This document shows, piece after piece, positions 55,608-64,000 of a stretch of DNA of 64,000 bases; within the stretch, counting starts at the first letter, position 1; each line of letters starts with the position of its first letter. The DNA is taken from assembly GCA_002314445.1 (NCBI GenBank), contig DCFX01000097.1, positions 39,566 through 103,565 of the forward strand, given 5' to 3'. Source of the stretch: Treponema sp. UBA1793. Its GTDB lineage: Bacteria > Spirochaetota > Spirochaetia > Treponematales > Treponemataceae. The notes under the pieces are model-generated. The model searched no databases. It saw nothing but the letters and a program-made list of their open reading frames with translations, and was not told the DNA's origin. Both the position numbers and the translations under genes were made by a program.

Positions 55608-58361
55608 ATGGAAATATATGATGTAAAAATAAATCATAACAGTTGTCCCGTCGGACTGGAACTGAATGATGTTGTCGTATCCTATAAAGTACGCAACGCA
55701 GAGGGCATAAAACAGGCAGCTGCGCGTATCAGCGTCTCACTCTTTCCTGATATGCAGCAGCCTGTTTTTGATACAGGGAAAAGCAGAGCCGTTAGTTCTC
55801 TTGGGACGAAACTTCCGCTGAAACTCCTTCCCCGTACAAGATATTACGTGTGCGTTGAAGTGTGGCCGGATACCGGCGCACAGGGAACGGGCTGCGTAAC
55901 ATATTTTGAGACGGCAAAACTCTCCGAAAAATGGAGCGCCAGATGGATTGGGTCTCCTTTCCCAAAACACGTTCTGCCTGTGTTTACGAAAGAATTTTCT
56001 GCAGAACAGGCGGAGAGCGCACGGCTGTATGCAACAGGACTTGGTTTATACGATGTATACCTTGACGGAAAAAAGGCCGCCGACGTATTCCTGTCTCCCG
56101 GTTGTACAAATTATGCCGACAGGATTCAGTACCAGACATATGATGTAAGCCGTTTTTTTAAACGCAGCGGGAAACATATACTCGAATTTTATCTTGCAGA
56201 CGGCTGGTACAAGGGCAGGTTCGGGTATGAGGGAAAGTCGGAAATATACGGCAGCAGGTATGAACTCCTTGCAGAACTGCATATGAAGACCGGCGGAGGA
56301 AGTGAAACCATACTCTCGACTGACGATTCGTGGCGCGTGCGGAAAAGTGAAATAACATTCGCCTCGATTTATGATGGAGAAAAATTTGAACCGGCCGTAC
56401 AGGAAGCGCCCGTATATAAAAAGGCCGTCTGCATCACAAAAGATTTCGATGCACTCATTCCGCAGACAACGCCTCCTGTTGAAATAGAATGTACCAGAAA
56501 ACCCGCTGCGCTGATTCGTACGCCGGCGCATGAATGGGTGCTCGATTTCGGCCAGAATATGGCAGGCTTTGTCCGTTTTACTGTAAAAATTCCGCGGGGA
56601 AAGACAGTCCGTCTGCAGTACGGAGAAATTCTGCAGGAAGGAAATTTTTACCGGGAGAATCTCCGCACCGCAAAAGCCGAATATGTATATATTTCTGACG
56701 GCAGGGAGCATACGGTTCAGCCGCACTTTACCTATTACGGATTCCGTTATGTAAAAGTTGAAGGTATTACAAACAAAGACATACTCATGAAGTTTGAGGC
56801 ATGCACGATTCACAGCGCATTTCAGAGAAAGGGCAGCATAAAGACTTCCGACAGACTGGTGAACAGGCTTATAACGAATGCGGAGTGGGGCCAGCGGAGC
56901 AATTTCGTCGACATTCCGACCGACTGCCCGCAGCGCGACGAACGTATGGGCTGGACTGCAGACACGCAGGTCTTTACCGGGACTGCGCTTTTTCAAACCG
57001 ACTGCTTCAGTTTTTACCGCAAGTTTCTTGGTGATATGTGGTCGGAACAGCAGCACCGTAATGGAGATGTTCCGTTCGTCGTTCCTTCCTTCGGACTTGG
57101 AGGAGGAGCGGCTGTCTGGGGAGATGCAGCGACGATAATGCCCTGGAACATGTATCTGTTCTCAGGTGATAAAACGATACTTGAAGAACAGTTTGAGAGC
57201 ATGCGTTCCTGGGTCGACTTTGTAAAGCGTATAGACGATGCGGACGGCGGTACGAGACTGTGGCGCACTGGCTTCCAGTTTGGAGACTGGCTCGCGCTCG
57301 ATTCGGAAACGGGAACCGGTGTAAAAGGCGGAACGGAAGATGCGTTCATCGCCTCTGCTTATTATTATTATTCGGCGGGTATTACTGCGGAATGTGCCCG
57401 CATTATCGGACGGGACAGCGACGCGGAAAAATATACAAAACTGAAAGATGAAATACTGTCGGCAATCCGCAGCGAGTATTTTACTTCGACAGGAAGGCTT
57501 GCCGTAACAACCCAGTGTGCGTACGTCCTCTGCCTGCAGTTCAAATTAGCCCCTGATGAAAAGTCGCTTCAGCGTGCAGCCGATCAGCTGGCGGAAAAGA
57601 TACAGCTCAACAACGGATATCTGAAGACAGGGTTTACCGGTACGCCCTTTCTCTGCAGCGTCCTTTCCTCCTGCGGATATACTAATCTGGCGTACAGACT
57701 GCTGCTCAACGACAAGTATCCGGGCTGGCTTTACGAAGTGAAAATGGGTGCGACGACAGTATGGGAGCGCTGGAATTCAGTGCTTCCCGACGGAAAGATT
57801 TCCGGAACGGATATGAACTCGCTCAACCATTATGCGTACGGTTCCATTGTCGAATGGATATACCGGGCTGTCGCCGGACTGAACCCGGTGGAAAGTGCCC
57901 CCGGATTTAAAAAGGCCGTCATAAAACCTCTGCCCGACTACCGGATAACAAAAACAGATATGGTATATGATTCCGCTGCAGGGCGGTATGAAATTCACTG
58001 GAAACTGCACAAAGACGGAAAATTCGATTTGTCGGTCGATATTCCGTTCGATGCGGAAGCGCAGCTTGTGCTGCCCGGCAAAAAAGAGAATGCGTGCATC
58101 ATGCTGCATGCAGGACATCATGAGTATGCATATATGCCGGATATTTCCATCATAAAATTGTACAGTATTGAAAGTCCTGTGAACGATCTTATGGACAGCA
58201 GAAAGTGTCTCGCTCTGCTCCGGCAGGCAGGAATCAATCCTGATGCAATTCCTGTTCCTCTGCGGAATTCACCGCTCGTGCAGTTGTCCGAAATGCCGTT
58301 TGTTTCTCTCACGGAAAAAGCGAAAACGGCACTCGATTTGAAACTGCGGAAGGTGAAGTGA
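55608..58361 (+). CDS. GH78 alpha-L-rhamnosidase
   Basis: GGAGAA SD precedes ATG 55608. Has DCPQRDERMGWTADTQVF and an (alpha/alpha)6 region (WRTGFQFGDWLA). About 917 aa. Confidence 0.85.
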   Translation: MEIYDVKINHNSCPVGLELNDVVVSYKVRNAEGIKQAAARISVSLFPDMQQPVFDTGKSRAVSSLGTKLPLKLLPRTRYYVCVEVWPDTGAQGTGCVTYFETAKLSEKWSARWIGSPFPKHVLPVFTKEFSAEQAESARLYATGLGLYDVYLDGKKAADVFLSPGCTNYADRIQYQTYDVSRFFKRSGKHILEFYLADGWYKGRFGYEGKSEIYGSRYELLAELHMKTGGGSETILSTDDSWRVRKSEITFASIYDGEKFEPAVQEAPVYKKAVCITKDFDALIPQTTPPVEIECTRKPAALIRTPAHEWVLDFGQNMAGFVRFTVKIPRGKTVRLQYGEILQEGNFYRENLRTAKAEYVYISDGREHTVQPHFTYYGFRYVKVEGITNKDILMKFEACTIHSAFQRKGSIKTSDRLVNRLITNAEWGQRSNFVDIPTDCPQRDERMGWTADTQVFTGTALFQTDCFSFYRKFLGDMWSEQQHRNGDVPFVVPSFGLGGGAAVWGDAATIMPWNMYLFSGDKTILEEQFESMRSWVDFVKRIDDADGGTRLWRTGFQFGDWLALDSETGTGVKGGTEDAFIASAYYYYSAGITAECARIIGRDSDAEKYTKLKDEILSAIRSEYFTSTGRLAVTTQCAYVLCLQFKLAPDEKSLQRAADQLAEKIQLNNGYLKTGFTGTPFLCSVLSSCGYTNLAYRLLLNDKYPGWLYEVKMGATTVWERWNSVLPDGKISGTDMNSLNHYAYGSIVEWIYRAVAGLNPVESAPGFKKAVIKPLPDYRITKTDMVYDSAAGRYEIHWKLHKDGKFDLSVDIPFDAEAQLVLPGKKENACIMLHAGHHEYAYMPDISIIKLYSIESPVNDLMDSRKCLALLRQAGINPDAIPVPLRNSPLVQLSEMPFVSLTEKAKTALDLKLRKVK

Positions 58362-58391
58362 TTTCCGATATATGACATATGGTACGGCAGA

Positions 58392-58415
58392 TTATCCTTT
58401 GCTATTTAAGGATAA
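58392..58415 (+). terminator. Weak AT-rich hairpin after GH78
   Basis: TTATCCTT (58392-58399) pairs with AAGGATAA (58408-58415). Confidence 0.3.
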
Positions 58416-58445
58416 ATCATTATTTATGAGGTAAAATAATGATAA

Positions 58446-59576
58446 ATGTTGTCGACCAGATTGCATTGTATTTTGTGTATTATTCTCATTTTCTCCGGAT
58501 TTACGGTTTTGTCGTGTTCAAATCCTTCCGTTTCTGATGTAGCATCCGATACGGCGGAAAAAGTTTATGCAGCCGGTTATGCCGCAGATAGTTCCGACGT
58601 ATGGATACCCGGCTATTGGAAAAACGGAACATGGAATGCGCTTGCGAATTTGAATAGTTTTTACGACGGATATGTACGCTCCATTGTTATTTCCGGCAGT
58701 GATATGTTTGCCGCAGGATATGCAGACGATGGTATGGGAGTATCTGTCGCCGGTTATTGGAAAAACGGTACATGGACGGGGCTTATTAATTCTTATGGCG
58801 CTTCCTGTAACGCGTATGTTACAGCATTTACCGTATCGGGAAACGATATATATGCGGCTGGAGGGGCTTCGGACAGTACCGGAGTGTGCAACGCAGGATA
58901 CTGGAAAAATGGGAATTGGAACGAACTGGAAAATGCATATGAAGCCGCCGGAAGCGCATATGTTACATCAGTCGTAGTATCCGGTGATGATATCTTTATT
59001 GCCGGATACGCTGATGACAGCAACGGAGTATGCAAAGCAGGTTACTGGAAAAACGGAATATGGAAGGAATTGTCCAATATGTATGATACATCCTGCAACG
59101 CGTATGTTACAGCATTTACCGTATCGGGCTACGATGTCTATGCGGCAGGGGGAGCATCCGACAGTTCCGGCGTATGCATCGCAGGCTGCTGGAAAAACGG
59201 AACATGGACAGAGTTATCCAATTCTTATGATGCTTCAAAAAGTGCATATGTCACTTCGCTGGCTATATTGGAAAACGATATATATGCCGCCGGATATGCT
59301 ATTAATAGTTCAAACATATGTGTTGCAGGCTACTGGAAAAACGGAACATGGACAGAGTTATCCAATTCTTACGATACTTCAAAAAGTGCATATGCTACGT
59401 CGATAGTTGCGTCTGACAGAGGTGTTTTTGCCGGAGGTGTTGCTCTTAACGCTTCCGATGTATATGCAGCGGGCTACTGGAAGGACGGAATCTGGAACGA
59501 ACTGCCTAATTCATACAGTACTTCAAAAGACGGTTATGCAGCTCATGTTAATTCGCTCATTGTTGTCGATGAATGA
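58446..59576 (+). CDS. Lipoprotein built from seven 48-aa tandem repeats (beta-propeller-like), function unknown
   Basis: Signal peptide plus lipobox VLSCS. The motif AGYWKNG(T/I/N)W...AYVT..V.SG.D.YAAG occurs 7 times. Confidence 0.8.
   Translation: MLSTRLHCILCIILIFSGFTVLSCSNPSVSDVASDTAEKVYAAGYAADSSDVWIPGYWKNGTWNALANLNSFYDGYVRSIVISGSDMFAAGYADDGMGVSVAGYWKNGTWTGLINSYGASCNAYVTAFTVSGNDIYAAGGASDSTGVCNAGYWKNGNWNELENAYEAAGSAYVTSVVVSGDDIFIAGYADDSNGVCKAGYWKNGIWKELSNMYDTSCNAYVTAFTVSGYDVYAAGGASDSSGVCIAGCWKNGTWTELSNSYDASKSAYVTSLAILENDIYAAGYAINSSNICVAGYWKNGTWTELSNSYDTSKSAYATSIVASDRGVFAGGVALNASDVYAAGYWKDGIWNELPNSYSTSKDGYAAHVNSLIVVDE
58566..59573 (+). repeat. Coding tandem repeat, 7 x 144 bp, with a 288-bp super-period
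   Basis: CGCGTATGTTACAGCATTTACCGTATCGGG occurs at 58811 and 59099 (offset 288). ACGGAACATGGACAGAGTTATCCAATTCTTA occurs at 59197 and 59341 (offset 144). Confidence 0.85.
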
Positions 59577-59580
59577 TGAT

Positions 59581-60951
59581 TCAGGCTGTTTTTCCAAACT
59601 CATTAATTCTCTGCTTGCTTAAATTTTTGAATGTATATATATACAAAACGCCAGCAAGAAGCAGCGAAAGTATGTCAGCTACAGGTTGTGCCCATATTAG
59701 TCCCGTCAACCCAATAACCGATTTCAGGATAAACAGGGCAGGAATAAAAATAATTCCCTGTCTGCTTAAGTTGATAATAAGTGAAGGGGTGGCTGCACCC
59801 ATTGCCTGCAATGTATTGGTAAGGACATAGAATACACCAAACAGCGAACTTGTTGAAAGCAAAATTCTTGCAAATTGAACAGCATAACCAAAAGCGGTAG
59901 CGTCAGTCAAAAATGCACCTACTATTTGATTTGTAAAAAGATAGCAGACAACCGTTAATACAACGCCCAGAATTAAAGCGAATAGAATGGAAAAAATAAA
60001 AATTTTCTTAAAACGTTTCCATAGCCTGGCACCAACGCAATATCCGAGCAATGGCTGTATTCCCTGTCCCAGACCCATACAGACCATGCCTGTAATAGTT
60101 ATAACCTTCATAGCAACACCCATTCCGGCAATCGCCATATCTCCGTATTCCGCCATTTGACTGTTAATAATGATTTGTGAAACGCTCATTAACATAGAAC
60201 CTAATGCGGATGGAATGCCAATTACCAGTACGCTGCTGCAAACTTTGTCCCTTACAGTAAAATCTTTTATACTGATACTAAGGCTGGAGTTTCCGCGTAG
60301 AAAGTACCAGATATAATATCCCGCACTGAAAACATTTCCAATTAAGGTTGCGATAGCTGCACCTGCAATGTTCCAACCGAAGCCTAAAATCATGACAGGA
60401 TCTAAAATGACATTCAGCAAATTTCCGAGGAGCTGCCCCATCATAGCCTTACCGGATTCTCCTTCAGTACGTATAACATTTGAGTAACAATTTGAAATTA
60501 ACACGAAAGGTCCGCCGCAAACAACAATACATAAATAGGTTTTTGCCAGTCCAAATGTATCGGAGCTTGCGCCAATTAATGTAAGAATGGGGTTCATAAA
60601 AATCAGAAACACTGCAACCATGATTACGCCGACAATGACACATCCCCACATACAGAAAGAGCAGACTTTTTTTGCATACTCTTTCTTTCCTTCTCCTAAT
60701 GCCCTTGAAATAACTGAAGTACCGCCAATACCAAAAGCCGTACCAACTGCCATAAACATCAAAAATACGGGAGCTGCAAGTGAAACCGCCGCAACCTGTA
60801 ATGCGTCATGTGTTTGTCCGATAAAAAAAGTATCTGCCAGATTATAAACTAATACCATTAGCATTGCAGCCATTGCTGGTAATGCGTTATTAAACACCGC
60901 CTGCGGAACCGATGCTTTACTGAAGATGTCCATAGAGTTTTTGGTGGCCAT
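59581..60951 (-). CDS. MATE-family efflux transporter
   Basis: GGAGCAAAA precedes ATG 60951. 12 TM. Lies downstream of marR on the same strand. Confidence 0.85.
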   Translation of the reverse strand: MATKNSMDIFSKASVPQAVFNNALPAMAAMLMVLVYNLADTFFIGQTHDALQVAAVSLAAPVFLMFMAVGTAFGIGGTSVISRALGEGKKEYAKKVCSFCMWGCVIVGVIMVAVFLIFMNPILTLIGASSDTFGLAKTYLCIVVCGGPFVLISNCYSNVIRTEGESGKAMMGQLLGNLLNVILDPVMILGFGWNIAGAAIATLIGNVFSAGYYIWYFLRGNSSLSISIKDFTVRDKVCSSVLVIGIPSALGSMLMSVSQIIINSQMAEYGDMAIAGMGVAMKVITITGMVCMGLGQGIQPLLGYCVGARLWKRFKKIFIFSILFALILGVVLTVVCYLFTNQIVGAFLTDATAFGYAVQFARILLSTSSLFGVFYVLTNTLQAMGAATPSLIINLSRQGIIFIPALFILKSVIGLTGLIWAQPVADILSLLLAGVLYIYTFKNLSKQRINEFGKTA

Positions 60952-61033
60952 TTTTGCTCCTTTATTATAATCGTACACGATTAATATCTTGCGATTATTT
61001 TATCATACTTTTTTCACTGATTTCAGACAAATA

Positions 61034-61465
61034 TTATAAGTTGCTCACTTTTTCATTTACTTTTTGCAATAAGGACAAAAATATCTTTTTTTCACTATAT
61101 GTGAGATTTCCTAAAAGTTCTTTTTCTGTTTGATCCATTTCCTGTTTGGCTTCATCATAATATTTCTTCCCGAGTTTAGTAAGTTCAACATATTTTATTC
61201 TTTTATCTTCAGTATCGCTTGATACTAAGACAAGTTGCTTTTGTTCTAATCTGGAAATAAGACCTGCAGTAGTAGACTGTGCAAGTAACAAACGTTTTTC
61301 CAATTCCTTAAAAGTAAGTTTTCCTGCAGGTGAGTTTATTAATTCAATCAAAGTGGATATTTGAGAAAGTGTTATATCTTTTTTGTGCAGTTGATTATTA
61401 CACCGTTTTTCCAATGCATTATGGATTTGACGGATTAATGCTCCGCAAGTATCATTTTCTATCAA
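61034..61465 (-). CDS. MarR-family transcriptional regulator
   Basis: 143 aa with winged HTH LTLSQISTLIELINSPAGKLTFKELEKRLLLAQSTTAGLISRLEQKQLV. Confidence 0.85.
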   Translation of the reverse strand: MIENDTCGALIRQIHNALEKRCNNQLHKKDITLSQISTLIELINSPAGKLTFKELEKRLLLAQSTTAGLISRLEQKQLVLVSSDTEDKRIKYVELTKLGKKYYDEAKQEMDQTEKELLGNLTYSEKKIFLSLLQKVNEKVSNL

Positions 61466-61614
61466 GGTTGTCCTCTATCTTCCGCCAAAATAGCAGTACA
61501 ATAAGAAAATGTCAATAGCAAGCGATTAATTTAGCTATATTGGGGACTTCCTGAATTTTGTATGCTTCTTATGATGTAAAACATTTGTCGCCTTAATAGT
61601 TTTTGTCAGTATAA

Positions 61615-63360
61615 TTAACAAGTAGAGACAGCATTGCGCCCCTCTTCCTTCGCTTTATAAAGAGCTTCATCGACGCGCGACATGATAGTATGAATCGAAT
61701 CTCCTTTACAGTAAGCCGTTGCACCGGCGCTGCAGGTAATATGCAGTCCGCCCGAGAAAGGTGCCTCGGAAATAGTGTGAATGAATTCTTCCGCTAGTTC
61801 CTTAGCCAGTTCAATCTGATTATCAGGTATAATGCATAAGAATTCTTCGCCACCCCACCGTCCGACGATATCGGTCTTTCGTATGAATGTATACCGGAGC
61901 CATTCGGAGAATTCAATGAGAATTTTGTCTCCTGTAAGGTGGCCGTGTTTATCGTTAATCTTTTTGAAAAAATCAATATCTGTCAATATGATTGAAAATG
62001 AGGAGCCGTGCCGTTCTGCACGTGCTATTTCATAGGAAAATATTTCATCGAGTTTTCTTCTATTATAAAGTCCTGTCAGTTTGTCCACCGTTGCAAGTTT
62101 TAAAAGCTGCCTGTTTGCCTCTTCAAGTTCTCCCATGACAGTTTCGATAAAGCGGATGAAATAGCTGACGGCTTTTATATGCTGATGAAGCGGAACAGGA
62201 GCCGCTCCACAGTTGCTTTCATCCTGTGTGTTTTCCTGCCGGTTTTCGCCTTCTCTTATTCCGACGGTGACAATTGAAGAATTAAACAATTCTATTTCAG
62301 GACCGGAGCGGAAATATTCTCCTGCAGTATAAAATCCTGTTGTCGGTGCAATCTGCGAAAAATGCAATGTCTCCTGCTGGATGTCGTCACTGAGAAGAAG
62401 CCGTCTGGTTCCGCAGGAAAACAGGAAGACTGCGTCCGGCTTGAATTTTTGCATTCTTGCATGAATCCTGCGTGATTCTTCCATTATTTCAAAAGGTTCG
62501 GCATATCCGATTCTGAATTTTTCTCCTGTCTTCATATCGGCACCAAATGTAATTCCTTCGTTTTCGGTTACCGAAAAGGGGACTCGGGCGATATAGCCGT
62601 GTTCCTGTTTTACAAGAAATGAAAAGCCGACCGCATTTACTGCAAAATCAGTATTGTTTTCAATACCCAGATAGTGGCGGTACACCGAGAATGCCGGAAG
62701 TCCGTCTACCTGTTCTACAATTTTTCCGTGTGCAGCAGTTATAGTCATTTCTTTACTGAACGGTTTCCAGCCGAGAAAAACGGAAACGTCCAGCGCAATA
62801 TCCTTTCCCGTGAAAATAATGACGGCAACTCCGGAATCACATGCTGTATGACCGCAGAGAATGAACGATTTTCCCTGTTCGTCGTAATAGCCTGCCGCTC
62901 CGCCAAAAATCGGACAGCCCGGGTCTAGTGCCGATATCGGTTTGATGAATTCCGACGAATTCATGCTGACAGCCGTACAGAGCAGCATAATACCCGCTGC
63001 CTGTGCAATTTTCGGCTCTATCTTCTGTTTGACGCATTCACCGAGATGTTTTTCATCTCCGGGGCGGCAGGGGAGCGTAAACAGTTCCACATCCGATGAG
63101 CGGAAAAATGAAACAGCCATTACCGTTTTGCCGGTTGTCGTATATCCGTTAATAATTTCGCCGTTTGTTGTTGCTCCGGTCAAAACCGCTCCGGGGAAAT
63201 GTCTGAGCGCTGCGGCCGCAAGATTTTCAAGCCATTCTTTATCATTTATGGAAGTGTATATTTGTATGAACACAGTACGTACAGGTTCTATACTGTGATA
63301 ATGTTCGAGCCGAATATCTATATCATCCGGTGACTCAATGCTTAGAATAAGCTGATTCAT
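61615..63360 (-). CDS. Diguanylate cyclase with N-terminal FIST_N/FIST_C sensor domains
   Basis: FIST-like FGGAAGYY..GWKPF..GLPAFSVYRHYLG and FLFSCGTRR..GFYTAGEY. GGDEF domain with active site GGEEF and I-site RKTD five residues upstream. Confidence 0.85.
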   Translation of the reverse strand: MNQLILSIESPDDIDIRLEHYHSIEPVRTVFIQIYTSINDKEWLENLAAAALRHFPGAVLTGATTNGEIINGYTTTGKTVMAVSFFRSSDVELFTLPCRPGDEKHLGECVKQKIEPKIAQAAGIMLLCTAVSMNSSEFIKPISALDPGCPIFGGAAGYYDEQGKSFILCGHTACDSGVAVIIFTGKDIALDVSVFLGWKPFSKEMTITAAHGKIVEQVDGLPAFSVYRHYLGIENNTDFAVNAVGFSFLVKQEHGYIARVPFSVTENEGITFGADMKTGEKFRIGYAEPFEIMEESRRIHARMQKFKPDAVFLFSCGTRRLLLSDDIQQETLHFSQIAPTTGFYTAGEYFRSGPEIELFNSSIVTVGIREGENRQENTQDESNCGAAPVPLHQHIKAVSYFIRFIETVMGELEEANRQLLKLATVDKLTGLYNRRKLDEIFSYEIARAERHGSSFSIILTDIDFFKKINDKHGHLTGDKILIEFSEWLRYTFIRKTDIVGRWGGEEFLCIIPDNQIELAKELAEEFIHTISEAPFSGGLHITCSAGATAYCKGDSIHTIMSRVDEALYKAKEEGRNAVSTC

Positions 63361-63388
63361 TACTGCCTTTATAGACCTTAGTCAGTTT

Positions 63389-63448
63389 ACTGTCAATGGT
63401 TTCTTTTACCGTCATTACGATATGCTGATAATCGGAACCATTGACAGT
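63389..63448 (-). promoter_or_regulatory. 14-bp perfect inverted repeat in the leader of the FIST-GGDEF gene
   Basis: ACTGTCAATGGTTC (63389-63402) pairs with GAACCATTGACAGT (63435-63448), separated by 32 nt. Confidence 0.5.
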
Positions 63449-63482
63449 TATTATCCGTACGGAGTGATACTGTGCAGTACTT

Positions 63483-63704
63483 TTAAAATCTCAGCATGAG
63501 AATGACTTTCGCCGCCGAAAATTTGACACGTACCGGATTGCCGTCATCAATAACCCAGTCCCGGAAGTTTTTAAATCCGGCTTCATATCCCGCTTCGCCG
63601 TGGTAGAATGTCTGCTCCACCTGAATAAACGCGCCAGGAATGACAGGATAAAATGGCAGCTGGTATCCGATGAAGAAGTTTCCGCTGTACCGCCAGCCGT
63701 TCAT
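63483..63704 (-). CDS. Hypothetical protein; looks like the C-terminal half of a small outer-membrane beta-barrel
   Basis: Alternating hydrophobic beta-strand pattern and a terminal ...VILMLRF. The start ATG overlaps the upstream stop (ATGA at 63701-63704). Confidence 0.4.
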   Translation of the reverse strand: MNGWRYSGNFFIGYQLPFYPVIPGAFIQVEQTFYHGEAGYEAGFKNFRDWVIDDGNPVRVKFSAAKVILMLRF

Positions 63705-63961
63705 ATTCGATCCGTTGTCAGATTGTCCGGGAATTCAAATTTCTGCCGGTAATCAACCTGCGAAGCAAACGTCGATGCGGCAAAGAATGAAAGTTCTCCG
63801 GTCCTGTGGACGTTCGTGTCCGCAAATGCACCTGTCGCTGCAGTACAGATTATAAGCCCTGTTATGATTCCTCTTTTTTTGCTTTTCAAAAAAATGAACA
63901 CGAGGAAGCAGAGTGCCGCAATGCAGAGAATGGCAAAATAATCTCCGGCCGTACTGTACAC
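63701..63961 (-). CDS. Hypothetical exported protein; looks like the N-terminal half of the same small barrel
   Basis: An internal TTG at 63889 would give a classic signal peptide MKSKKRGIITGLIICTAATGAFA/DT. The ATG at 63961 adds an extra hydrophobic segment. Confidence 0.35.
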   Translation of the reverse strand: MYSTAGDYFAILCIAALCFLVFIFLKSKKRGIITGLIICTAATGAFADTNVHRTGELSFFAASTFASQVDYRQKFEFPDNLTTDRI

Positions 63962-64000
63962 TGTCCGTCCGCCCTTTACGGGAACCTGTGCGAACTGCAG

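Noticed and set aside
56046-57056. 336-aa antisense ORF inside GH78 (and similarly 6726-7460 inside the M20 hydrolase gene)
   Set aside because: These ORFs lie opposite well-supported enzyme genes and have no independent signals.
58672-59406. Several 80-140-aa ORFs in other frames or on the other strand within the repeat lipoprotein gene
   Set aside because: They are periodic artefacts of the 144-bp coding repeat. Only the frame with the lipoprotein signal and the GYWKNG repeats is coherent.
1-64000. Search for mobile elements, CRISPR arrays, tRNA/rRNA genes, toxin-antitoxin pairs or known defence-system genes
   Set aside because: I saw no transposase, integrase or recombinase motifs, no short regularly spaced direct repeats, no tRNA-like cloverleaf candidates in intergenic gaps (all under 240 nt), and no nuclease/helicase/ATPase gene sets typical of defence islands.

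Overview
This 64-kb chromosomal window comes from an anaerobic, saccharolytic bacterium. It is probably diderm: it has many lipobox lipoproteins, a Wza-type exporter and a small barrel-like protein ending in Phe. A Treponema-like spirochaete is only a guess. I support about 54 CDS. I recognised no rRNA, tRNA, CRISPR array, transposase, integrase, phage gene or canonical defence system.

Gene content in order:
(1) 1-11451: an ABC importer plus a complete reductive pyrimidine or hydantoin catabolic set. It contains dihydropyrimidinase, a PreA-type dihydropyrimidine dehydrogenase, an M20 carbamoyl-amidohydrolase, a PucR-type regulator, a class-III aminotransferase and an Fe-alcohol dehydrogenase.
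(2) 11520-14103: an orphan Wza/Wzz pair.
(3) 14279-15864: EamA and PncA.
(4) 15896-24184 and 46530-58361: two paralogous glycoside-utilisation loci. Each has a YesM/YesN-type two-component system, an LplABC-type ABC importer and a GH1 enzyme. The second also has an extra AraC regulator and a GH78 rhamnosidase.
(5) 24377-31918: a GntR/LacI-hybrid regulator, an ABC importer and a GH38 alpha-mannosidase.
(6) 31989-37404: a mixed set of phosphoesterase-fold and unknown genes.
(7) 37499-46456: an ABC-2 exporter, MATE, acetyltransferase, GH3 and a TetR-controlled pair.
(8) 58446-59576: a lipoprotein made of 7 x 48-aa repeats.
(9) 59581-63360: a MarR-MATE pair and a FIST-GGDEF cyclase.

I did not find a clear-cut new multi-gene system. 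The most unusual items I can support are:
- a PreA-type DPD fused to the PreT Fe-S domain but lacking any FAD/NAD(P)H module;
- an apparently circularly permuted NMT1/THI5-type binding protein;
- the tandem-repeat lipoprotein;
- several well-defined cis-elements (twin palindromic operators, a helically phased GTATAC array, an 18-nt element shared by two promoter regions, and a 14-bp perfect inverted repeat in the GGDEF leader).

All coordinates of short elements were counted by hand. All family assignments rest on motif recognition, not on searches.
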